Shown one piece after another: positions 43,069-51,876 of a stretch of DNA of 64,000 nt; the stretch's first letter is position 1, and every line of letters begins with the position of its first letter. This stretch comes from Nitrospirales bacterium (GTDB lineage Bacteria > Nitrospirota > Nitrospiria > Nitrospirales > UBA8639). Below the pieces are notes generated by a model. That model had not been told where the DNA came from. It worked only from the letters and a program-made list of their open reading frames with translations, and did not search any database. The translations under genes and the position numbers were made by a program. The stretch covers positions 352,001 through 416,000 of the forward strand of contig CBDCWC010000002.1 in assembly GCA_965223295.1 (NCBI GenBank), read 5' to 3'.

Positions 43069-43933
43069 TCTTCTCGATAAATTTGATGATAGCTTTGGCG
43101 ACGTCAATTTGAGTGGCTTTTTCGATGCCTTCCAAGCCAGGAGAGGAATTAATTTCCATGACCACGGGGCCGTGTTTGGAGCGAAGCAAGTCCACTCCAC
43201 ACACATTGAGGCCCATGATACTGGCTGCCCGAGTGGCTGTGGACCGTTCTTCGGGCGTGATCTTGATCACTTGTGCGCTACCACCTCGATGAAGATTGGA
43301 TCGAAAGTCGCCCTTTGCGCCTTGACGCTTCATTGCAGCGATCACCCGATCCCCAATGACTAAACAACGGATGTCAGATCCCCCGGCTTCTTTGATAAAT
43401 TCTTGAACCATGATATTCACTTTTACGCCGCGAAATGCCTCAATCACGGATTTGGCAGAATTGTGAGTTTCGCCTAGTACCACTCCAATGCCTTGGGTGC
43501 CTTCAAGGAGTTTGATGACAACAGGAGCTCCTCCGGCAATCTCAATGACGTCATCTGCAAAATCATCAGAATGAGCAAAGGCGGTGACGGGTAGGCCGAT
43601 GCCCTTTCTGGCCAACAATTGCAAAGAACGCAGTTTATCTCGCGACCGTCCAATGGCTACCGATTCATTAAGAGGCCAGACTCCCATCATTTCAAATTGT
43701 CGTAACACGGCTAACCCGTAAAAAGTGATGGAGGCTCCAATTCTTGGAATAATGGCATCGTAACCTTCCAGTGAGGCTCCCTTATAGCGAAGTTCTGGAT
43801 GATGTGAGGTGATATTCACATACACTTTGGTCGTGTTAATAATATCAATTTCGTGTCCGGCTGCCTCTGCGGCTTCGACCAAGCGTTGATGCGAGTATAA
43901 CTTTGGATTTCGGGCCAACATTCCAATTTTCAT
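43028..43933 (-). CDS. rimK: RimK family ATP-grasp glutamate ligase
   Basis: [58 protein letters not shown]; 301 aa. Confidence 0.95.
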   Translation of the reverse strand: MKIGMLARNPKLYSHQRLVEAAEAAGHEIDIINTTKVYVNITSHHPELRYKGASLEGYDAIIPRIGASITFYGLAVLRQFEMMGVWPLNESVAIGRSRDKLRSLQLLARKGIGLPVTAFAHSDDFADDVIEIAGGAPVVIKLLEGTQGIGVVLGETHNSAKSVIEAFRGVKVNIMVQEFIKEAGGSDIRCLVIGDRVIAAMKRQGAKGDFRSNLHRGGSAQVIKITPEERSTATRAASIMGLNVCGVDLLRSKHGPVVMEINSSPGLEGIEKATQIDVAKAIIKFIEKNAKPNKTKTRGRG

Positions 43934-43996
43934 GAGGTGCTTCTCCTTTTCATGGTAATCATAGCATTATTATTTAAAGGGATTGAGAAAAATGGA

Positions 43997-44425
43997 CTAT
44001 TGATGTGTGAGGCAATAGGACTTCCCAGGATCAACGAGAAAATGGCCTTTTATGGCTGTTCGTCCCAGTAACATTCGGAATCCCATTTCATCTCGATTCG
44101 TGAGGGTTATTTCAATGGGCCAGGATTGGTTTCCCATGGCCAATTGGGTTTCAATGACGACGCGTTGTTCTCGTGACCCACCGGAATTGGTGATGATTCG
44201 AATATCCCTGACTGGGCAGGTACATGTTTTTATGTCGGAGTCATTTTTTTGATAGGGGTGTATGGCAAATCTGGCCCACTCTTGTCCGCCTTTTTTGTAT
44301 ACTTCAATATCAAAAGCATGAATAGCCGCCGTTCGAGCTCCGGTGTCGATTTTGGCCTTAATCCGCTCCACTCCCAAGTCGGGAAGAGCAATCCATTCCC
44401 TCCAGCCAATTATTGGTTTATCCAT
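43997..44425 (-). CDS. RimK-associated putative protease (ATP-dependent Zn protease family, RimB-like)
   Basis: IGWREW, KAKIDTGA, LTNRDEMGFRMLLGR motifs; directly upstream of rimK. Confidence 0.92.
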   Translation of the reverse strand: MDKPIIGWREWIALPDLGVERIKAKIDTGARTAAIHAFDIEVYKKGGQEWARFAIHPYQKNDSDIKTCTCPVRDIRIITNSGGSREQRVVIETQLAMGNQSWPIEITLTNRDEMGFRMLLGRTAIKGHFLVDPGKSYCLTHQ

Positions 44426-44500
44426 ACTAACGAAAGCTCTTCTGAAAGCAGTGGATAGTTAAGTATGTCAACGAGTAGTAACATTGCAACCTTTCAAGAG

Positions 44501-45535
44501 TTAATAAAAATTCACCAGTGGATTGCGCTTAACAATGCCACGTAGGAGACGTCCTAAAATATCGGCTCCAGTGATGATGCGTTTGTGTTCTGCGGTCCAA
44601 ATGAGAACCAAGTCGTGGTCAATCACGTCATCTTCGATATGTTCCGGATTAACTTTAAAGAGTTTCAGGAGTTCCCCGAGCGGGACTTCGGTGTGGTCGA
44701 GAACGATGGGACGATGACAATGACGGAGAGGTTTGTAGTGATTCTCCACTAACAGTTCCCGCAAAAATCCGTCGGCATCTAGAACAACTTGGGGATCATC
44801 TTGTTCATCCGTAATGACAACCCATTTCTCATTTGAGGCATGAATCTGTTGGACGAATGTATCTGAGACCAATGGAGCCGTAACCGGGAATTGAATTTTT
44901 CCCTCATTGAATGGAAGCTGAACAATGCTTTGCGGATGGAGTGGTGATCCTTCCTCAAAGACGGGAATATCATCAAGATGTAAAAAATTTGAGGCGCCGT
45001 GTCCTTCAACGTTGCTGATGTCTGTTTCAGGGGCCTTGGCATGAATCTCAATAAGCGTTTCGAGCTCATGTTCTTTGAACCAGGAGATCCCTTCTTTCCC
45101 AACTAGGCGGTCGAGGAGAAATGCGGATGGTTTAGCCACTGGATAAAACAAAAATTGTAACACAGAGACGATGGGCGAAAACTTGGCTCCCATCTTCAGC
45201 GCATTCCTGGAAAAATAGGCTTGAGGAAGAATCTCCCCAAAGATGGTGATTCCAAATAAAGAGAAAAGAAAAGCAAAAAGCCCCACCATTTGTTTCTCGG
45301 AAAGCAAAGTCAACAGTACATTGACTGCTACGTTACTCCAGAGAAGCGTTGCGAGCAGGAAATTGGAATCCTGGCGGATTTGTAAGACTTTGTTAGCAAA
45401 GACATCCCCTTGTTGAGCCATGAGTTCGAGGCGAACCCTGCCAAGGCTGAAGAATCCAAGTGTGAGCCCTGAGCAAATTGCAGATCCTGCCAAGCATGCG
45501 AAAATGCCAATCCAGAGTAATAGTGATTGGGTCAT
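44501..45535 (-). CDS. CNNM (DUF21) domain protein
   Basis: SGLTLGFFSL, LLATLLWSNVAVN, FGEILPQA; degenerate CBS-like C-terminus. Confidence 0.88.
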   Translation of the reverse strand: MTQSLLLWIGIFACLAGSAICSGLTLGFFSLGRVRLELMAQQGDVFANKVLQIRQDSNFLLATLLWSNVAVNVLLTLLSEKQMVGLFAFLFSLFGITIFGEILPQAYFSRNALKMGAKFSPIVSVLQFLFYPVAKPSAFLLDRLVGKEGISWFKEHELETLIEIHAKAPETDISNVEGHGASNFLHLDDIPVFEEGSPLHPQSIVQLPFNEGKIQFPVTAPLVSDTFVQQIHASNEKWVVITDEQDDPQVVLDADGFLRELLVENHYKPLRHCHRPIVLDHTEVPLGELLKLFKVNPEHIEDDVIDHDLVLIWTAEHKRIITGADILGRLLRGIVKRNPLVNFY

Positions 45536-45591
45536 GATGTCATGTCACGCGGTAGGAAAAATGGGGTGCATGTCATGGGTCCTCAAAAACA

Positions 45592-46896
45592 TTACTCCAA
45601 AAAACTGGAAAAGATCGTTGCCAGTCCTAAAAAACTGAAAAATCCTGCGACGTCCGTCACCGTTGTTAAAATGATCGATGATGATTGAGCAGGATCTTGT
45701 TTGAGGGATCGGAGAATAATGGGAATGATTGCCCCAGAAAGCCCTGCCATAAGCATGGAGATGATCATGGAGATTCCAATGACCATGGTCAATCCCCACG
45801 AACCGCTCCAGAAGAACACCGCAGTACAGGTGGTGGCTGCGACGGCCACGCCATTGCCGAGGGCAACATACGATTCTTTCAATGTCACTGGAAGCCATTG
45901 AGAGGGACGAATGTCCCGTAAAGCTAATCCCCTCATCACAACGGCAAGCGCTTGGGCCCCGGTATTGCCGGACTGGCCAGCCACGACGGGTAGCAATACG
46001 GCCAAGGCGGTAAATTTGGCAATCGTGTCTTCAAACATTCCCACGACAAACGCGGCTAAAAAAGCCGTGAGTAGATTGATTTGCAACCAGGGCAAGCGCT
46101 TGCGAATGGCAAACCATGGAGATGAAAGAGCGCGTTCATCTTTGCTCGCACCTACCATGGTTTGCATACTGATTGTAGCTTCTTCTTTTTCAACTTGGAT
46201 GATATCTTGGTTGCGAATAATACCAAGTAATCGGCCGTCTAAATCCGTCACGGGAATGGTAAGCACCTTCCATTCACTGGAAATTTCCACAACCTGCTCC
46301 TGATTTTCAAGAGGATGGATCGTTGGTAACTCGCGCTTCATCAATGCAGCAAGCGTTGTTTGTGGAGGTGCTAAAAAGAGGTCTGTTAGAGAGAGTACCC
46401 CAACAAGGACTTGGCGGCGATCAATAATATAGATCTCATTGGCACGGGGGGGAGTGTATATGCGAATTTGTTGGATTGCCTCCTCGACCGTCATATCCTC
46501 CAAAAGGGTAAAGAATTTCACGTCCATGATCATGCCGACTGAATCTTCTGGATACTCAAGAAATGGACGAATGTCAGCAGAAACCTGTTGAGGCAAAGCG
46601 ATCAGGATGTTTTCCCTGCTCTCGGTGGGTAATCGTTGAAGGAGGGAAGCTGTTAACGAAGGTGGCATATGTGGGGTAGAATTCAAAAGTAACGGTTCAG
46701 GTAATTTCCCAAGAAGGTCGGCAACCAATGATGGAGACATGGCCGACAGGATTTTTGCCATATCTTTGTGTGGCAAATTACACAGGGTATCGATGATTTC
46801 TTGTAGGGCATGGGCCTCAAACACATGAGCGGCTTCGTCGGGAAATTTGGCAATAAACGCCTGATGCATGAGTTCGGGGTTTGTGGTGGTTGTCAT
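45592..46896 (-). CDS. mgtE: Magnesium transporter MgtE
   Basis: N-domain, CBS pair, RLPWL, PVVAGQSGNTG, DPA..S...TTVTD. Start ATG 46896 overlaps the upstream stop (ATGA). Confidence 0.92.
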   Translation of the reverse strand: MTTTTNPELMHQAFIAKFPDEAAHVFEAHALQEIIDTLCNLPHKDMAKILSAMSPSLVADLLGKLPEPLLLNSTPHMPPSLTASLLQRLPTESRENILIALPQQVSADIRPFLEYPEDSVGMIMDVKFFTLLEDMTVEEAIQQIRIYTPPRANEIYIIDRRQVLVGVLSLTDLFLAPPQTTLAALMKRELPTIHPLENQEQVVEISSEWKVLTIPVTDLDGRLLGIIRNQDIIQVEKEEATISMQTMVGASKDERALSSPWFAIRKRLPWLQINLLTAFLAAFVVGMFEDTIAKFTALAVLLPVVAGQSGNTGAQALAVVMRGLALRDIRPSQWLPVTLKESYVALGNGVAVAATTCTAVFFWSGSWGLTMVIGISMIISMLMAGLSGAIIPIILRSLKQDPAQSSSIILTTVTDVAGFFSFLGLATIFSSFLE

Positions 46897-47759
46897 GAAG
46901 TTTCCTGTTCTTCCGGAGCTGGTGCGGAAGGTGTCATAGTGGTTAAGACATTTCCAATCGTCGTCATGAGTACCATCCCAGATAACGAATAGGCCTCCCA
47001 CAACTGCAGAAGACCATCTGAGAGAAAAGCTGGTTGATATTCGATGGATTTGGACTGGAGATATTGTCTCAGGGTACGGTGGCGAAGTGCGCCAATAAAC
47101 GTCTTGTCTTGAGCAATGACTGGAAGGCTATCGAAGCGTGCCCAAGCCGGATGCGCCACAATGTCCCTGGCATTGGCAGAAGAGGGAATCACTTTGACTT
47201 CCTGATTCATGATAGAAGTTAGCGTGCTAGCAGGTTCGGCCGCGAGAAGCTCTTTCATCAGCACCACTCCTATAAGGATGTTCCCACGGTCAATAATGTA
47301 TAAGTAGTAAATCGCTTGATGCGGAACGTGCACGATACGCTGCAGGGCATCTCCCACAGTGATATCAGGAGGCAGTGTCAGGACTAGAGGATCGGCTAGG
47401 CTCCCGGCTGTATGTTCCGACAAGTGAATGGTTCGGCGAAGTAAGCTCGCTGCACGAGGTTCGAGGTGCCCGAGCAACGTTTCCTGTGTGGAAGGATCAA
47501 CTTGCCGGAGAATGGCTCGAGAAAACCCGGGAGATAGTCGGCCAAGAATTTCAGCGCTGACTGCTGGTGGGCATTCTTTCAGGATTGTGGCAGCCGCACT
47601 TGGTGAGAAATATTCGAGGGTTTGAGCCACATGTGCGGGCTCCATGGTTAGGAATATGTCTCTCGTTTCCTGGGCCGGTCGTCCCTCGAGATATCTAGCG
47701 GCCTCCAATGGATGTTTCTCAAGAAACTTCTTTTGGAGATGGTGTTCCAACTTCATCAT
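46893..47759 (-). CDS. Stand-alone MgtE N-domain + CBS-pair protein lacking the MgtE pore domain
   Basis: FLEKHP.EAA, TAGSLADP, YYLYIID...LIGVV, LPVIA CBS motifs; no MgtE membrane domain. Confidence 0.82.
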   Translation of the reverse strand: MMKLEHHLQKKFLEKHPLEAARYLEGRPAQETRDIFLTMEPAHVAQTLEYFSPSAAATILKECPPAVSAEILGRLSPGFSRAILRQVDPSTQETLLGHLEPRAASLLRRTIHLSEHTAGSLADPLVLTLPPDITVGDALQRIVHVPHQAIYYLYIIDRGNILIGVVLMKELLAAEPASTLTSIMNQEVKVIPSSANARDIVAHPAWARFDSLPVIAQDKTFIGALRHRTLRQYLQSKSIEYQPAFLSDGLLQLWEAYSLSGMVLMTTIGNVLTTMTPSAPAPEEQETS

Positions 47760-47760
47760 G

Positions 47761-48594
47761 TTATGCCTCGACCGGTTCAATCACGCTGGTGACTTCGGTG
47801 AATTGTGCGGCTGGAATCACCACTCGCCCACGCTCTGTATCCAACACGACGATCATGGGCGTCACGGCAGTGACGGTGCCGGAGTAGTTCTCAATCTGAA
47901 TCTTTTCCCCAATACGAACAACGGGTTGAATGTAATGTGCGGCAATGAGATTTTTGACTGCTGATCGAGACCCAAAACCAAATGACAAGGCGGATCCGGC
48001 AATGAGACCCGCAATGACGAGCACGATAATTTGGTTTAAGAGTGAGGTGTCAATCCCGAGTTCATTAATGGCGGTCACGATAACCAGGAGGGTGGCGGCG
48101 ATGTACACAGTTTGGGCGATAATCGTACTCTGTTGGATCCCAGAAGAATCACATGCTACAGCGATAATGTCCCGTACAAAGTTGGTGGCTAGGAGTCCTA
48201 GGATCAAAATAAGTGTCGCCATTCCAATTTTTGGAAGATAATGCACGAGCATGGTCAAGGTTTCAGACAAGAGGGCGAGACTCAGCGCTTCGGTGGCAGA
48301 AATGAGAAAAAGAAGAAAGACGAGCCAAAATCCCAGGAGCCCGACAATTTGAGAAATAGATCTATTGCTTCCAGTTTTTTGAATCAGAGAGAGAAGTCCC
48401 GTGCCGCTGAGCCATCGATCGATACCGATCATATTCAAGATCCGGCTGGATCCGGCTTCAATGATTTTCCCCAAGAGAATCCCCAGTCCCAGCAACATCA
48501 ACGCGCCAAGAGTTTTAGGGAGATAGGTCATAAATAATGTAACACTTGATTCAAGTGATTCTTGCATAGCTTTTGTCCAAATCGCTATATCCAT
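47761..48594 (-). CDS. Small MscS-like mechanosensitive channel protein (TM-helix repeat type)
   Basis: Two YLPK-led TM repeats, ALSFGFGSR..KNLIA, then the MscS beta domain (IGEKIQI..YSGTV...IP). Confidence 0.85.
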   Translation of the reverse strand: MDIAIWTKAMQESLESSVTLFMTYLPKTLGALMLLGLGILLGKIIEAGSSRILNMIGIDRWLSGTGLLSLIQKTGSNRSISQIVGLLGFWLVFLLFLISATEALSLALLSETLTMLVHYLPKIGMATLILILGLLATNFVRDIIAVACDSSGIQQSTIIAQTVYIAATLLVIVTAINELGIDTSLLNQIIVLVIAGLIAGSALSFGFGSRSAVKNLIAAHYIQPVVRIGEKIQIENYSGTVTAVTPMIVVLDTERGRVVIPAAQFTEVTSVIEPVEA

Positions 48595-49447
48595 GAGAAA
48601 GACCTCCTAGGATTTTTTGAGAAAAAAGTGGAATGACGGAAAGATAACAATTGGAAGATGGCGGTTAAGATATCGAAAGTTGTTCTTTGTTCCTTAGATG
48701 GCCTGGCATAATTCTCTGCGGGAGCAACTGTTGAGACAATTTTTTCAGCATTTCTAAGTGGCCTTTCATTTGTAGTCATCTGCATGTGAGGAATCGAATT
48801 CTTGTGATGCCTATCTGCTAGTTTTTTGCCGATGATTTTTTCGTCTTCCCAATGTCCTCCCTTTTTGTACTCAATCATAAGTGGCTCATGAGAGGCCGAG
48901 TATCGTTATTCCGATAAACAAACCTATCAAAATCTTCATGTGCAACCTTACTGTTTTCTACCCGAGCTATGTGCCTTTTCGTTCCGATGGATGACTTTAT
49001 GAATTCTGGCTGCCATGGTTGAGGTTGTCTTCAAAATGTTGTGATTCATTTTTGTGATGTGTCTTGAAATTACAAGGCCGATATGTTTTTGGCGTGGCCT
49101 AAGTTTTTACTCCTGAAATTTAGATAAGTCATCTTTTGGCTTACATAAATAAACTATGGAGAATATTGATAGTGTGAAAATTTTAACTGTGCTAGATGGA
49201 GTCGGAATCTGAATGTCTTAAGCCAATGACGACGTAACAGACAAAAGGCTAGCAACAACCAAAGGAGCAAATGTTCAATTACTTTGGTGAATGAAAACGG
49301 CTCCTTTATCTTGGAAAGGTCAATGTGTAAGTTTTCCCGTCAAGCGAATCGGACAAAAGTAGAATTTTTGGTGATTTCATCAAGCAATAGAGGTGTCCTG
49401 ACTTCTTTAAGCTCTTTCTTTTGCGTGTCATTCCTTGGTGTGGTTAT

Positions 49448-49477
49448 TTAGACAATGAGAAACAACAATTCGTCACA
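49448..49477 (-). promoter_or_regulatory. Candidate ECF sigma promoter TGTGACG-N15-TTGTCTAA
   Basis: Reverse complement of ttagacaa-N15-cgtcaca; identical boxes and spacing to 51783-51812. Confidence 0.7.
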
Positions 49478-49478
49478 T

Positions 49479-49692
49479 GGGTCTGTTGAAAAAATCCGCC
49501 AGCGGCGTTCTAGCCATTTTTCCGTGCTCGCGTAGGACCAATACGCTCTGTGCGCAAGAATGGTTGTGGCCTTCCCTTCGACAAGCTCAGGACAGGACTG
49601 GATGGATTTTTTTCAACTGCCCCGAAGCTATTGGTATCCGACGTGATCATGAGCAAATTTGTCTCTCGTGTTTTGTATTATTCAACACTTCC
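49479..49692 (+). repeat. MITE-like intergenic repeat, copy 4
   Basis: GGGTCTGTTGAAAAAATCCGCCAGCGGCGTTC...CCCTTCGACAAGCTCAGG...TTTTTCAACTGCCCC...TTATTCAACACTTCC. Confidence 0.8.
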
Positions 49693-49876
49693 TCATATGG
49701 ACGTTTCAAAAGTAGGTGTCGAGAGAGATTTGAAGAAATTGGAAGAAGCCGTGTTGGGAATCACGAGGGTTGAGGATGGGGACTCGAGCCTCTACTTGGG
49801 AGTAGATAGCAAGCAGGAGAACTCAATGTGTAGAAAGGTTGAATAGTCGGTAGCTAAAGAGGGACTCTTAAAGATT

Positions 49877-50722
49877 TTACGATGGTCTTTGTTTGGAACC
49901 CTCCGTAATGATTCGTTCATTTGGAATGTGCAGTGTTTCCTCATCGGCCGTTTTGATGATAACCGAAACGGGAGTTATTTTGATGATCGTTCCCTTATAT
50001 CCGCCTAGAGACACGGAATCTCCGACATGGAAGAGTTGAGAGATGTAGTAGCGGGCAAGGACATTTGTCATAATGGACCGGCTTCCCAGGCCAAGAGATA
50101 GGGCTAAGGCTAACACGATTCCAGAAATAATGATCGTGATATTGGCACTAAAAATGGTCATATCCAATCCGAGTTCGGTTAAGGCCATGACAATACCAAA
50201 GCCCACAATCAAAATTTCCAGTACCGAACTTAAAGCCCCAGCATAGGCAATGTTGAGCGAGGTTGAGGCTGAAGCAAGTCCGTCTTTAATAACCTTGGTG
50301 AGATACAAGGCAATGATCAGAATTAAAAGGGCTCCGAAAACATGTGGAAGGTAGGCAATAAATCTATTCAATGTATCTAGGACAAGCTTGAAGCCTAAGA
50401 TTTCCGAGGCCGAAAGAAGAACAATGAAAAGCACCATGTAATAGACCAGACCTCCTAATATCTCGTCTAGCGTTTTCGTTATTCCCACCTTGGTTAACAT
50501 GGAATGGAATTTGATTTTTTTGCTTAATTCCACAATCCCACAGGCACGAAGGACTTTCACCGTCAAACTTCTAAGGATTTTGGCCCCCAGCCATCCAATT
50601 GCAAGAATGACAATTGCTCCAAGTACGTTTGGGAGATATCCACCAATTTTTTCGAAGATGCTTTGAAGAAATACCAGAACAACCTTTCCCCATTCCCAGA
50701 GTTCGTTCTGTGTGCCTACCAT
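49877..50722 (-). CDS. Small MscS-like mechanosensitive channel protein, paralog
   Basis: YLPN/YLPH TM repeats, ALSLGLGSR, VGDSVSL.GYKGTI...IPN. Confidence 0.85.
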   Translation of the reverse strand: MVGTQNELWEWGKVVLVFLQSIFEKIGGYLPNVLGAIVILAIGWLGAKILRSLTVKVLRACGIVELSKKIKFHSMLTKVGITKTLDEILGGLVYYMVLFIVLLSASEILGFKLVLDTLNRFIAYLPHVFGALLILIIALYLTKVIKDGLASASTSLNIAYAGALSSVLEILIVGFGIVMALTELGLDMTIFSANITIIISGIVLALALSLGLGSRSIMTNVLARYYISQLFHVGDSVSLGGYKGTIIKITPVSVIIKTADEETLHIPNERIITEGSKQRPS

Positions 50723-50734
50723 TTCTCTCTCCTC

Positions 50735-50917
50735 TCACTCATCTGTTGAATCGGTAAATAATGTGACGGGGATCGAGGCGTGAAATGCTCCAACTTCCTT
50801 CGCGACTGTGAGGAAATATACGGCTTTCATGATCTGTTTTTTCGTGGTTTTGTCAGGATCAGGAATGGCCAGTGAATCGAGAACATGTTCAAACAGCTGT
50901 TGTTCATCGCTATTCAT
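50735..50917 (-). CDS. Small 60-aa protein coupled to the ECF sigma (candidate anti-sigma/partner)
   Basis: ATG overlaps the sigma stop (ATGA), preceded by GGAGGAGG. Confidence 0.6.
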   Translation of the reverse strand: MNSDEQQLFEHVLDSLAIPDPDKTTKKQIMKAVYFLTVAKEVGAFHASIPVTLFTDSTDE

Positions 50918-51438
50918 GATTTGACCTCCTCCCGGAGCTTGGTGATCAATCGTGATACTCGCATTTTTGCGGCACTCACGCCAATGTTGCAACTTGCCGC
51001 AATTTCTTCATACGAATATTTCCCAAGAAATTTCATAGCCAGAATGGTCCTGTCTTCCAGGGAGAGTTTTTGCAGAAGATGATGAATTTCAATTGACGCG
51101 GCTGGGTTATCTTGGCTGGGTGCATCCAATGGTATATCCCCCGACAACACCTCAGAATGAGCCTTTGATTTGAGGTAGTTAAGGCAATGATTGGTGGATA
51201 GTCGATACAGCCAGGATGAAAATGCAGAGTGCTTCTTGAACGCATGGAGGTGCAGGAAAACTTTGACCCAGATTTCCTGCATTAAATCTCGAGCGACTTC
51301 AATGTTTAAACAGATAAAGTAGCAGCGCTTTAGAACTTTCTTGGCATATCGGTCATATAAAATTTCGAACGCCTGAAGGTCTCCTTGGTTAATGCTGTCA
51401 ATAAGTTCGTTGTCAGTGAAATGTTCGTATAAAGGCAT
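50914..51438 (-). CDS. ECF-subfamily RNA polymerase sigma-70 factor
   Basis: AFEILYDRY, DLMQEIWVK, FSSWLYRLSTN region 2; YSYEEIA...VSAAKMRVSR region 4. Confidence 0.92.
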   Translation of the reverse strand: MPLYEHFTDNELIDSINQGDLQAFEILYDRYAKKVLKRCYFICLNIEVARDLMQEIWVKVFLHLHAFKKHSAFSSWLYRLSTNHCLNYLKSKAHSEVLSGDIPLDAPSQDNPAASIEIHHLLQKLSLEDRTILAMKFLGKYSYEEIAASCNIGVSAAKMRVSRLITKLREEVKS

Positions 51439-51782
51439 AGAGAGATAGATCTGGAGGAAAGAGTATTATGGACTTAGCCGGCATTGATCTGAGCGGGTGT
51501 ATAGTCCTGAGCTGTCTTATGCATAGTCTATCCCTAACCATTTGGGCAGACCTAGGGCAGAGATTTAGAGCAGCCTGAGCTTTGGTCAATATCCCAAATT
51601 CTTCCGATTGTAAATAGATTGATTTCTTGCTTCTCTTTCCAAAGGTAGAGGAAGCGGTTTTCTACGTCTTCTATGAGAGTTCCCTTGGTTCGTCAAGTAT
51701 GGTGCCACATTTTTTGAACTGACCTGTTGTATCACATGACATAATTCTCAAGAAACAATTATGAAGAAATTATCCTACTATT

Positions 51783-51812
51783 TGTGACGTTTTTTCCTGT
51801 TACGTTGTCTAA
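51783..51812 (+). promoter_or_regulatory. Candidate ECF sigma promoter TGTGACG-N15-TTGTCTAA
   Basis: Ends 65 bp before the ATG of repeat-protein paralog B; twin at 49448-49477. Confidence 0.72.
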
Positions 51813-51876
51813 GAGTACATGAAGGGCAATTGCGTCAAATTCTTTCATTTTCATTTAAAAGTGGAGGGTAAAGATT

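Noticed and set aside
48585-48878. 97-aa ORF upstream of the MscS-like gene
   Set aside because: No recognisable domain or RBS; may be leader sequence.
49477-49846. ORFs beginning MGLLKKSASGVLA or containing PFDKLRT
   Set aside because: These are translations of the MITE-like repeat, not genes.
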